A stretch of DNA of 64,000 bases from positions 864,001 through 928,000 of the forward strand of contig CBDCTH010000012.1 of assembly GCA_965222155.1 (NCBI GenBank), in the 5' to 3' direction. Origin of the DNA: Gammaproteobacteria bacterium (lineage in GTDB: Bacteria > Pseudomonadota > Gammaproteobacteria > Eutrophobiales > Eutrophobiaceae). A model generated the notes under the pieces. It made no database searches. It was given only the letters and a program-made list of their open reading frames with translations, and had not been told where the DNA came from. The translations under genes and the position numbers were made by a program. Each line of letters begins with the position of its first letter. The stretch's first letter is position 1. This document shows positions 1 to 9,421 of this stretch, piece by piece.

Positions 1-109
1 GTTGCCCGGGACTTGTCCAATTTTCCGCTATCTCCAACAAGCGGTCGTAGTAGTCATCATTAATATAGGTGGAAGGACCCGGTTGCTGTTGCAGTAACTT
101 CGTACTCAT
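1..109 (-). CDS. Aromatic ring-hydroxylating dioxygenase beta subunit, N-terminus (runs off window; TdnA2/AtdA4-like)
   Basis: ATG at 109, just after the alpha-subunit stop; reads MSTKLLQQQPGPSTYINDDYYDRLLEIAENW with no stop to the window edge. Position and the STYI-x2-YY motif fit aniline dioxygenase small subunits. Confidence 0.65.
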   Translation of the reverse strand, partial: MSTKLLQQQPGPSTYINDDYYDRLLEIAENWTSPGQ

Positions 110-113
110 CAGA

Positions 114-1445
114 TCAGTTTCCCCTGCGCAGGTCACTGTCTGCGTCCAGGCGCATCAGGCGTTTCCATTCCTTGTAAAAGGTGCGCATGGTGATATCGCT
201 GGTTACCGGCGCCCGGATGCCGTCAATTTCAACCACTTCCCGCTCACTGTGCAGGTGCCGGCTGCAATCCACCCATTCATGCTCGGGGATACTGAGACCG
301 GCCTGGCATGACTCGAAGTTTTCAACGTCATCGACCTCGCCGAACATCGGAAAATCTTCCTGGGTGCGCATGCGCATCGCATTCACCTCGTCAGGCAGGT
401 TGGAGACGGTCGTGGCAAACCAGAAAATATCGGTCTCAGCCACGCCCAGCGGGTTGATTAACTGTATCTGGTTGCCGATCAATAACAGGTTCGGGAAAAC
501 GGTTAAGTTCATGCCCGCGCCCACCGCCAATTCAAGTAATCTTTTTGCTTCATTATCGCCGTATTTTTCAGGCAGGGCCCGTTCGAGATGCTCCCGTCCC
601 GGCTGCGGGCGTTGCAGTTCCCAGGCGGATTTCGCGTGCATCTCGGGGCGCTGGTCCAGGTAGTAATGCCCGTTCTGGAAAGCCTTCACAAACATTCTGC
701 TTGCGTCCGGGTCAGCCGCAAAATATTGCATATCCTTATCTCCATAGCGTGCTGCCGCCATCATCAACAAGGATCGGTGAGAATAAGCCGGATGGTACCC
801 GTCCCCCTGGTTATCGGTGACGAATTTCCAGTTGGCCGCAACGCGGTAGCGCTGGGTCCCGCTTACCTCCACCTCTCCGTCGCCGTAGCGGTCCAGCCAG
901 TCGTCAATGACTTTCTTACCGCCGGCAAGGTAATCCTCGAGATGTATCTGTTCAGGATTGAGACAGCCGAAAATAAAACCACGGTATGAACTGACCCGCG
1001 GCACTGTTAATAGGTCGAATTTCCCGCTTTCCCTGTCTGTGTCATAGGCATAGTCCAAAGGCACGGACACGGAACGGCCCGCCAGATCATAGGACCACGA
1101 GTGATAGGGACAGACAAATACCTTGGATCTTCCCTTATCCTCACGGCAGACTTTTGCGCCGCGATGTGCGCAACGGTTAAAGAGTATGTGTATATCGGCA
1201 TCACTGTCACGGGTGATGATCACCGGGCGGCCGCCAAGGTGGCGGGTGACAAAATCGCCTGCTGCAGGGATTTCACTCTCGTGACCGACGAACACCCAGG
1301 TGTTGGCAAAAATATTGCGCATCTCGCGCTGGAACAGAGTTGCACTCGTATAAACCGAACGGTGGATGCGGTCTTCTTGGATAAGATAATCCCAGTCAGC
1401 GGTTGAATCAGCGGCGCTCACGGGAGAAATTTTATGCATGTCCAT
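114..1445 (-). CDS. Rieske ring-hydroxylating dioxygenase alpha subunit, aniline dioxygenase (TdnA1/AtdA3)-like
   Basis: Rieske CAH...CPYH and mononuclear Fe motif DGYHPAYSH. Segments DQRPEMH, QRPQPGRE, AVGAGMNL, FPNLLLIGNQIQ, RMRTQEDFP recall aniline dioxygenase large subunits. Confidence 0.9.
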   Translation of the reverse strand: MDMHKISPVSAADSTADWDYLIQEDRIHRSVYTSATLFQREMRNIFANTWVFVGHESEIPAAGDFVTRHLGGRPVIITRDSDADIHILFNRCAHRGAKVCREDKGRSKVFVCPYHSWSYDLAGRSVSVPLDYAYDTDRESGKFDLLTVPRVSSYRGFIFGCLNPEQIHLEDYLAGGKKVIDDWLDRYGDGEVEVSGTQRYRVAANWKFVTDNQGDGYHPAYSHRSLLMMAAARYGDKDMQYFAADPDASRMFVKAFQNGHYYLDQRPEMHAKSAWELQRPQPGREHLERALPEKYGDNEAKRLLELAVGAGMNLTVFPNLLLIGNQIQLINPLGVAETDIFWFATTVSNLPDEVNAMRMRTQEDFPMFGEVDDVENFESCQAGLSIPEHEWVDCSRHLHSEREVVEIDGIRAPVTSDITMRTFYKEWKRLMRLDADSDLRRGN

Positions 1446-1582
1446 TTCCGCACCTGATCATTACATTCACAAAAGTACGAAAACAGGCCAAACCCGGCTT
1501 ATATTCGGCTGATACAACCCTGTATTCAAGGGTGTCGAAAACAGACGGAAAGTCATGGATACAACGTATCATAATGAGTTCT

Positions 1583-1710
1583 GGGGATACAATACTTAAT
1601 TCGGGCGCCCTGTCAAAATGGCAAGGCTGGCAAGGATCGTTCTTCCTGCGTACTCTCACAATGTGATGCAACGGGGGAACCGTCGTCAGTATGTGGCAGA
1701 TTCTTCATAG
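1583..1710 (+). pseudogene. Remnant of REP-associated tyrosine (Y1/HUH) transposase, RAYT
   Basis: 1618-1710 reads MARLARIVLPAYSHNVMQRGNRRQYV, matching the RAYT N-terminus (MxRxARxxxPGxPHHVxQRGNxRQ). Preceded by GGGGATACAATACTTAATT. Confidence 0.7.
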
Positions 1711-1744
1711 TCCATAGTTTCTGTCTCTTGCACGTGATAATCAA

Positions 1745-2743
1745 TCAAGTCGACGTCGAAAGCGTCACCGTATTTATTTCTTCTTGTAGCCTTTGAAGTA
1801 CCACCAGAATCTCATCGAAGTCCGGGATCTCCCCAAAAATCATATTTTCCATTGCTCGATAATCGGATCTAACCGAGTCCAACAAATAGCGCCCCGGCAC
1901 CAACTGCAAGGTATCCGGTTGTGCCAACTCATATTTGGCCCATCCCCTCGGATAAAAACGTTGCTTGAACTCCACTACACTGGTCAACAGTTCTGTATCA
2001 GCCAAGGCCTGCTCCTTGACCGGCGACTGAGCCATCTTTGCTAAATCGTAATAGTGGCGCGAATAGCGGAGCGGCTGGTGACTATCTTCGGGGCGATGGG
2101 CCTCATGGTGCAGAATCGTTGCCTTCTCCCAAAAAGTACGCTCCGCCTTGAGCACTCGCACCATACAGTCGTGCTGTTCAAATACATCTGGAAACGCCTC
2201 GGCCGCATAACAACTAATCTTACGTGACTCATGAGGCAACCATGATGCCAGCGGGCCAATTTCCAACCGCACCTCGGGGCGGAGGTAATCATCTGAAAAG
2301 GCAGCGGGATAGTTTATATTAATCACGTGCGGGTCATCATCGTCCACGCGACAACCACATACCCCATCAAATGCTTTCTTGACCAATATCAGCAGATCCC
2401 CAGCAATATATTGCTGGGCTCGCTTATTAAGAGCTTTGTTCAACTGCTCCTGCTTCGTTCCGGAACGTTGAGCTAACGGGTTTTCATCGCCCAGTACGCG
2501 CCAGTCCAAGATCAAATCGATATCTTCTGAGAAGCGTTCAATCAACCGATATACCTTGGAGAGACTGGTACCTCCCTTAAACGTCAGTAACTGCGCAAGA
2601 TGCGGTTCTTGGAACAGCTGGTTAAGCACCCAGGTTACCCAAAAGTCTTTTTCCACAACGAATGGAGTCGTAGCTTTCTCCGTCGCAGTCTCCAAAAACA
2701 ACTCGCTACGTTCTCGGGCTGAAAGGCGGGCAATCCTTTCCAT
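1745..2743 (-). CDS. AbiEii/AbiGii-family nucleotidyltransferase toxin (type IV TA)
   Basis: VEKDFWV, FKGGTSLSK, RFSEDIDL, RTFWEK and RHYYD motifs. Confidence 0.9.
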   Translation of the reverse strand: MERIARLSARERSELFLETATEKATTPFVVEKDFWVTWVLNQLFQEPHLAQLLTFKGGTSLSKVYRLIERFSEDIDLILDWRVLGDENPLAQRSGTKQEQLNKALNKRAQQYIAGDLLILVKKAFDGVCGCRVDDDDPHVININYPAAFSDDYLRPEVRLEIGPLASWLPHESRKISCYAAEAFPDVFEQHDCMVRVLKAERTFWEKATILHHEAHRPEDSHQPLRYSRHYYDLAKMAQSPVKEQALADTELLTSVVEFKQRFYPRGWAKYELAQPDTLQLVPGRYLLDSVRSDYRAMENMIFGEIPDFDEILVVLQRLQEEINTVTLSTST

Positions 2744-3357
2744 CAGTCACCCTTCTTGCATATCCGTTTGATGGTTTCATAGATCCAGCCGGTAACCGAA
2801 CGGGTATTATCCCTGAGGATACGCTCGCAGTTCTTCGGTCCCAACTGGTCACGGATACTCCCGATCACTTTTTGGTCCACGTGTTCTCGGCCCAGTGCTT
2901 TCAAGGCCTGTACCACCAGGCCGCTCTCCCTGTATTTGAAACCCACGTCCTTCAGGGCAGAATTCTCAAACACCAGTGCATGATGTCCTACCTCGTATTC
3001 GCGGTCCGGACCGTCAGAGAGGTAAACCCAACGCCCCGGCACCTGGGTGGAGAGCCCCAACAGATTCAGGGCCGCATCGCCAGAGGGTTGAATGCGCCAA
3101 TTAAATTTGCGAGCTAATGCATAAGCAACTTGATCGAGGTCCGGGCTCAATTGACGCTCCAGCAGGTCACTATAGCGAGGATAGTCGTAGACCCCGCGAC
3201 AGACACGTCGAATCTTGCCAGCTTTTGTCAGGCTGGAGAGAGCTTGATGAATATTTGCCTCGTCAAATTCGGCCACAAAATCTGTTTTAGTAAATGCCCA
3301 ACCCCTACCTCGCCCATATATTCTTGAAATGACCTTTTTTTCAATACCTTGTATCAT
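2743..3357 (-). CDS. AbiEi-like antitoxin (DUF6088 family)
   Basis: N-terminal wHTH (IRRVCRGVY) and AALNLLGLSTQVP motif; overlaps the toxin start. Confidence 0.8.
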   Translation of the reverse strand: MIQGIEKKVISRIYGRGRGWAFTKTDFVAEFDEANIHQALSSLTKAGKIRRVCRGVYDYPRYSDLLERQLSPDLDQVAYALARKFNWRIQPSGDAALNLLGLSTQVPGRWVYLSDGPDREYEVGHHALVFENSALKDVGFKYRESGLVVQALKALGREHVDQKVIGSIRDQLGPKNCERILRDNTRSVTGWIYETIKRICKKGD

Positions 3358-3474
3358 TATATATCGACAATGTTTTTTAGGAAAATAGTATAGTTTTTCT
3401 AAAAAACAGATTAGCAGACGTGTAGCTCTATGTACAGCCTGCAGTATGCAGTATAGGGTCAGACCAGTCCGTAT

Positions 3475-3785
3475 GCAGTATAGGGTCAGACCAGTCCAGC
3501 CTGACAGAACCTACTGAATAATAAGGGGAACCTGTCACAAAAGACGTGCTGTTCTACGCTTAAACTACGATTTTCATACGCCAAAACAGGACGTTAAGGA
3601 GGAAGTATCAGACGCTGCACAAGCAGACCACAGCGAATCAGGAGAGTAATGCCGTCAAACAGGGATGGGGAAGTTAAGACCTCAATTTTGAAAGCAAAAA
3701 GGGGGTTTTAAGGAGAAATAACCGGCGTATATGGCACATAAACTAAAGTGGAACAAATAGTTAGGCAGGTCCGACCCTATCCTTG
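3475..3785. repeat. 311-bp non-coding element, copy 1, with imperfect terminal inverted repeats
   Basis: Near-identical to 5090-5400. Ends ATAGGGTCAGACC...GGTCCGACCCTAT. Left end tandemly duplicated (27 bp, 3444-3470 and 3471-3497). Confidence 0.9.
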
Positions 3786-3993
3786 CTGGGAAGTCTAAAT
3801 CTTCTGAAAATCGGTAGGTTTCAAAGTAACACTTCTTTAAGCAAGTGCCTCCCTTGAATACCCACGATTGAGATAAAACAGGGTTTGTATTAATAGCAGC
3901 AAGCAACCAACCGAGTACAGAGTCTTTCTCTACGACATTAGGCGTTAAACCTGTCTCATCGGCAAATGCCAGTATTTCATCCTTGCCTATCAT
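3786..3993 (-). pseudogene. Truncated AbiEii nucleotidyltransferase toxin
   Basis: VEKD, FKGGTCLKKCY, RFSEDLDF, then cut off by the 311-bp element. Confidence 0.85.
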
Positions 3994-3999
3994 TTCGCC

Positions 4000-4785
4000 T
4001 TATCTCCTTGGTACCCATAAATTCCACCGTGTAACCAACCGATTATTCTCAGCTTTTTTACCCAGAGTGGCATAACCTGATGTTATGCGTTCCCGGCACG
4101 TATTGATAAAAGAAGGCTTGAACTCAAGCGTTTCAGCCAGGTAACCCAGTTTTTTAAACAACGCACCATTATTGAATTGAATAGCGTAGTTCAGTAAAGA
4201 ATCAAGATCGCTTGGCTTATTAAATACCCGTGTAAATTCGATCAAGCAATCTGTTACATGTTGCAAGCCTGCACCCAAGTCCAAATCATCAATACAATCC
4301 AACAGTGTTTTATACGGGTCTGAAATTTGTATCTTCGCATTTTCCTGCCATATGGTTTTTGTGCCGAACAAATGCTTTTCAGCAACATATTTGATAAAAA
4401 AGTTAACGCCTTGATGAGTGGTTACGCCATAGGACACCCGCTTATGGGTAAGAACGCAGATAGACCTGAAAAGCTGTTCCGTCAACTCCCAGTGTTCCAA
4501 GGCGCTCCAGCCACCGATGTAGCCTGGCGTGTATAACTCCGGCACCAGCACCCAAGGGTCTTCAAGCACCTGGTTTTGCCCTAGCGCAGATGGCTGAACA
4601 GGAACATACAAACCGTGTGCAACGCGGCGAATTACTCCTTGTTTATGCCATCCTGCCAGCAATCTTGATGCATGTTGTCGGTCTAACCCCAGAACCCGTA
4701 TTGCATCGGATACTCTGATTCTCCCGGATGTTGCGCGTAATAATGCCGCTAATCGCTGTTGCCTTTTTGAAGGCTGACTGCTCAT
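4000..4785 (-). CDS. AbiEi-family antitoxin / transcriptional regulator
   Basis: wHTH (IRRVAHGLY), YIGGWSALEHWELTEQ and SDPYKTLLD; lies upstream of the AbiEii fragment. Confidence 0.85.
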   Translation of the reverse strand: MSSQPSKRQQRLAALLRATSGRIRVSDAIRVLGLDRQHASRLLAGWHKQGVIRRVAHGLYVPVQPSALGQNQVLEDPWVLVPELYTPGYIGGWSALEHWELTEQLFRSICVLTHKRVSYGVTTHQGVNFFIKYVAEKHLFGTKTIWQENAKIQISDPYKTLLDCIDDLDLGAGLQHVTDCLIEFTRVFNKPSDLDSLLNYAIQFNNGALFKKLGYLAETLEFKPSFINTCRERITSGYATLGKKAENNRLVTRWNLWVPRR

Positions 4786-5089
4786 TGAACTATATCAAAA
4801 TACGGATTGTTAACAATATTAAAGAATATCATGAATTTTAATATAGTGCTACTAGAAAACGCATTAAAAGGAAATAAAAACAGATTATATTGTATAATAA
4901 TGTAGTTATCATGAATAACTGCAGACCGCTGTAAAGATAATTTTCTATGTCAGTATGACGAATTTAAGGCCGATTATATGGTTAGGTACGTCCAGGACAC
5001 ACTTAAAAGCTTTCCCGAATTAGGTCAGAAAAATACCCGGTTATGAAAATTTCACGATAGACAAAATCTTTGAAGATATTGGCAGTATC

Positions 5090-5400
5090 GCAGTATAGGG
5101 TCAGACCAGTCCAACCTGACAGAACCTACTGAATAATAAAGGGAAACTGTCAAAAAAGACGTGCTGTCCTACGCTTAGACTGCGATTTTCATACGCAATA
5201 ACAGTACGTTAAGGAGGAAGTATCAGACGCTGCACAAGCAGACCACAGCGAATCAGGAGAGTAATGCCGTCAAACAGGGATGGGGAAGTTAAGACCTCAA
5301 TTTTGATAGCAAAAAGGGGGTTTTAAGGAGAAATAACCAGCGTATATGGCACATAAACTAAAGTGGAACAAATAGTTAGGCAGGTCCGACCCTATCCTTG
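5090..5400. repeat. 311-bp non-coding element, copy 2
   Basis: Direct repeat of 3475-3785 with scattered substitutions. Confidence 0.9.
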
Positions 5401-5768
5401 ACTATGGGGCACAAACTGTTGGTCCCATTTGTTGGATATCAGAAAATAGTCGCCACAAATATCCAGAGAATGCAACAGATGATGGATTCGGTTGTGACTT
5501 TGTTATTCGCATAGATAAAAAAGTCCATTACGTTGAGGTTAAGGCCACTCAAGGAGAAGATGATACCTTTGAACTTGGTTCTTCTGAGGTTGAGTTAGCC
5601 ATCGATACTGCAAGGCGTAGAAATAAGGAATTCTTGATACTACATGTACTGAACGCGTTGGGAGATTCGCCGAGGGTTCGGTTGTTGCCGAACCCATATG
5701 ATAGAAAATATAGAGACAAATATCACTTTGAGGAAGCCGGGCTGAGGGTTAAGTATAAGATGCACTGA
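5400..5768 (+). pseudogene. 5'-truncated DUF3883/NOV C-terminal-like nuclease domain fragment
   Basis: Open frame with no start: ...DDGFGCDFVIRIDKKVHYVEVKATQGEDDTFELGSSEV...LPNPY...; begins at the element end. Confidence 0.7.
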
Positions 5769-5881
5769 TAATAAGTAATCGAAGCGTTCCCTCCGCCTAT
5801 GGCTAGCACCTCCGTCCAGCGTATCACCAGACCCAATCTGGCCAGAACGATGAACCGTACCTTTGAAAGACAGTCCCATTT

Positions 5882-6763
5882 TTATGGGACTTTGATTGTT
5901 TGTATCATTCTCCTTGAGTTTAAACCAAGACCAAAGTCAAACAAGTCGACTGCGGTAGCATCATTCTGTGGCATCCATTTGAGTATTTGATGAACTCGGC
6001 CGTTATTCAATCTATAGTAGGCTTCAAATGCTGGAAAGATTCCTCCAATTATCGTAATTTCAATAGTACGCATTAGAATGCTGTATCTTATAACAACTTC
6101 GTAATCTATCCTTGGTGCGACAGAAAACCCAAAATAATTGTAGTAGGGATTCGGACTCGAAGCTCGAGTATTTATAACCCTCAAGAAATTGCCCTCTTTT
6201 ACAGTTCCAACTGAAACCGTGTCGGAACTAGACGAAAGTGGTGATTGTAACTGTTTACCCGATTTACAGTCGACATTTTGTGTTAGGCCAACTCTGGACA
6301 TCTCACGTCCATGTGCCTTCTCAATCGATACGTTCCTGCGCTTAATAACGAGTACGAATTCCGAGGTCACTCTAGCTGAAGCGGTTGGGTCATTAGAAAA
6401 ACCACGGTTATCGGTGAGAAAGCATGTATCACTCAATTTTCCAATTTGTCCGAGTTTTGGTGTTGTTGGTGCTCTCAATACCCATGTTCCACTCAGTGTT
6501 CTTGTAAAGTAGTTTTCTAAGTTTGGGTGCTTATTGGGTATGAATGCTTTAATCCAGAAATGAAAACGATCCGTAGCATTTGCCGTTCCACAACTTAAAA
6601 TTATGCTCGCAACTATACATAAAAAATATCTTATTGCAGTTGCGCTTATACTTCTTTCGCTTATTCTTTGGATTAGCACTAATCCTCCATTCAACTCATT
6701 GATATTGAACATACTCCCTTCAATCAACTTTTCGATATTTTTACAGTGCCCGTTACTTTGCAC
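5882..6763 (-). CDS. Hypothetical protein (AT-rich; possible signal peptide, start uncertain)
   Basis: 293-aa ORF with a hydrophobic stretch followed by ANA; no family recognised. Confidence 0.55.
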   Translation of the reverse strand: MQSNGHCKNIEKLIEGSMFNINELNGGLVLIQRISERSISATAIRYFLCIVASIILSCGTANATDRFHFWIKAFIPNKHPNLENYFTRTLSGTWVLRAPTTPKLGQIGKLSDTCFLTDNRGFSNDPTASARVTSEFVLVIKRRNVSIEKAHGREMSRVGLTQNVDCKSGKQLQSPLSSSSDTVSVGTVKEGNFLRVINTRASSPNPYYNYFGFSVAPRIDYEVVIRYSILMRTIEITIIGGIFPAFEAYYRLNNGRVHQILKWMPQNDATAVDLFDFGLGLNSRRMIQTIKVP

Positions 6764-7011
6764 ATCAGCGTATACTTAGACGGAATCATTGGTTTTTCCT
6801 AGGCGACCTTATTTTTTGAACTTTTCACCGTATCAGAGCACCGGTTGTAAAAAAATGGACCAAATTATGCTTGCTTGGCGAAGACAGAACTCGTGGTTTT
6901 TAGCCCAATGAGCTATGTAATCCCACATTTGACAGCAGGAAATTTGATGTCCACTATCAGGAATATTGTCCCTAGTGGATTAAGAAATAACTGTATCAAC
7001 TATATTGTCTA

Positions 7012-7317
7012 TCAATTAGACTCAATAATAGTCGTGAAGTCTAAATCGCCTTCCCTTTCTAAAGGATCATCTGGCATATCGAATTCAATACTTTGATTTC
7101 CATCGTTGTCGTATGAGATGTTTACTTCGGCGTCTTGACCAGGGGTAATAATCATAGTTCCGGTATCCCTGTCTATATTCAATTTAAAAAGTTCCTTGTT
7201 TGGTGCTCGATCGATATTAGTTTCTCCAGAAGTATCTGCGCTGACAATACTTTCGTTTGATGCCATTGATAGTGAAATTACTATAGTGACGCACAAATAT
7301 TTTATGTAACTGTTCAT
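7012..7317 (-). CDS. Hypothetical small acidic secreted protein
   Basis: AGGAGA RBS and N-terminal signal-like sequence. Confidence 0.5.
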   Translation of the reverse strand: MNSYIKYLCVTIVISLSMASNESIVSADTSGETNIDRAPNKELFKLNIDRDTGTMIITPGQDAEVNISYDNDGNQSIEFDMPDDPLEREGDLDFTTIIESN

Positions 7318-7373
7318 AAACGATTCTCCTATATTAAGTGAATAACTTATTTCTTATCTCAATGCCGAGTGAG

Positions 7374-7670
7374 TGAGCCTCATTGCGGAACTAGACACTC
7401 ATAAATTCAAGATTTCCAGCTTGTTGATATCGTCGGTAGAACTCCTCCAGTGTTAGGTCATTCAGTGATTAATGGGCTCTATACTGATTATAGTCCATTC
7501 GCCAGATATCTATTTTTTTCGCATCTTCTAAGGGTAGGAAACAATTCGTGTTCATACATTCATCCTGAAAGCTGTCGTAGAACGATTCGACAAACGGATT
7601 ATCCGTGGGTTTTCCGGGCCTAGAGTAGTCCACAACCGCCCAATTTTCATAGGACTATTTATCGAACGTG
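7374..7670 (-). mobile_element. Degenerate IS3-family transposase C-terminus with probable terminal IR
   Basis: Minus strand reads DYSRPGKPTDNPFVESFYDSFQDECMN...DYNQYRAH*SLNDLT (integrase core, with stops). TGAGCCTC...ACTAGACA at 7374. Confidence 0.8.
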
Positions 7671-7855
7671 ACACAGCAGCTGCATGCTTGTCTAGCTCGA
7701 CAGCGAATTTTACATCGATTCCGGCTTGCATAGAACCAGCGATGGAGTAAATGGTACTCGTTAAAAGTTGTGGTATTAGACAATCGCCTTGCCAGATAGG
7801 GTTGTGGCTAGTCTATGCGATAGACATAGTGGTAGATTGGAGTTCCACAAAACAA

Positions 7856-8732
7856 TCAATACATCTCAAAATACTCCCGATGCTCCCAATCCGTAACATG
7901 CGCCAAAAACCGCCCAATCTCCGCCCTCTTAATCAACAAAAAATGATCAACAAACCGATCCCCGAACCCGACCCTCAACATCGCTGACCCATCCAACGCC
8001 TCCACCGCCTCCATCAACGATCTCGGCATAGCCGGCCTGTCGGTCTGCCGGTAAGGATCATCCCGCACCGGCTCCCCCGGGTCCGTCCCGTTCCGTATCC
8101 CGTCCAGCCCTGCATAAATCTGCGACGCCATGTACAGGTAAGGATTCGCCGAAGGCTCCCCCGACCGGTTCTCAATCCGCGTCCCCGGCTCGGCATATCC
8201 ACCTACCAGTCTGAGCATCGCCCCCCGGTTGTCATGCGCCCACAGAATACGGTTCGGCGCCAGCGGGTTGACGTTCAGGCGTTTGTAGCCGTTGATGGTC
8301 GGGTTGGAAAATGCGGTCAGCGCCGCGCCGTGTTCCAGCAGTCCGCCGATGTAGTGATACCCGGTATAGCTCAACAGGTTCTCATTGCCGTTAAACGCGT
8401 TGGTCCCGGTTTCCCTGTTCCGCAACGACTGGTGCAGGTGCCACCCGCTCGAATAAACATTGGGCAGTGCAGGCTTCGCCATAAAGCTGGCCAGCAGGCC
8501 GTGGCGCCGCATCAGGTGCTTGACCGCGGAGCGGAACAGCAGCAGGGAATCGGCCACGGCGAGACCGCTCAGTGGATTGAACGTTACCTCGAACTGGCCC
8601 GGCCCCCATTCGGCTTCGATGGTGCGCAGGGGTAATTCCAGCTTGACTGCCATATCCCGGATTATCTCGGTCACGTGGGCGACCCTGTCCATGGGATGTT
8701 CGTCATGGTATTGAAAGCCGTGGCTGATTGCC
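7856..8732 (-). pseudogene. 5'-truncated second copy of the TdnQ-like glutamine synthetase homolog
   Basis: Aligns with the C-terminal ~290 aa of 9422-10894; homology stops at 8732. Confidence 0.9.
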
Positions 8733-8897
8733 TGCGTATTTCACAGCAAAGCTGCCACTGATTGCACGGCAAAGCTGCCACCCATTACACGGCAAAGCTG
8801 CCACCTCCAAGGGGGTAGACAGTCGGCGCGATTGACGTGGATAACCAAGGGTGTCCTGTGTCCTTTTTTCTATTGAAAGGAGGAGACACAATTGCCT
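8733..8897 (+). mobile_element. IS21-family terminus remnant
   Basis: Starts TGCGTATT, then three 23-bp-period repeats CAC(A/G)GCAAAGCTGCCAC (8742, 8765, 8788), then AAGGAGGAG + TTG CC; no transposase body. Confidence 0.65.
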
Positions 8898-8998
8898 TGC
8901 TTCTATCAGTGTTATTATAGAGGGAGTGAATAGATACACATTCCGGCACAGAATTTTCTGTGGCACATTTCCAAAAAGTATAACAGGGGGGTAATCAT

Positions 8999-9406
8999 AT
9001 GAACGACAAAACCATCTTGACAATCGAGCGGATTTTTCTTGCCGTCATCGGAATCATATTTATGGCGTCGGGCATATTTACCTTCTTTGACCCCCACACC
9101 ATGGGGCAAGCCCTTGGCATTGCGCCGATGAACGCGTCCGGCGAAACGGAAATCCGTGCTACCTACGGCGGGCTGGTGGTGGGTTCTGGGCTGCTGGTGC
9201 TGGCGGGATTATTCTCCAGGTTGATGGCCGTCGCGGCGCTTGCTGGCACTTTTTTTGGAGCTGGCGGTCTGATGTCCACCCGAATAGTTATTCAGGCCAT
9301 GGAAGGGTTCACCATCAACCAGGGCATCGTCGCTGTGTTCGAACTATCCATGGTGGTAATTGCGTTCCTGCTGCTCAAGGCGGCGATGCGTCGCGCTAAG
9401 GAGTAG
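8999..9406 (+). CDS. DUF4345-like membrane protein
   Basis: Four hydrophobic segments and EIRATYGG motif. Confidence 0.75.
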   Translation: MNDKTILTIERIFLAVIGIIFMASGIFTFFDPHTMGQALGIAPMNASGETEIRATYGGLVVGSGLLVLAGLFSRLMAVAALAGTFFGAGGLMSTRIVIQAMEGFTINQGIVAVFELSMVVIAFLLLKAAMRRAKE

Positions 9407-9421
9407 CATGCCCTTAATAAA

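Noticed and set aside
8742-8804. 23-bp repeats as plasmid iterons or a mini-CRISPR
   Set aside because: No rep gene and no spacers; the TG start at a gene breakpoint fits an IS21-type end better
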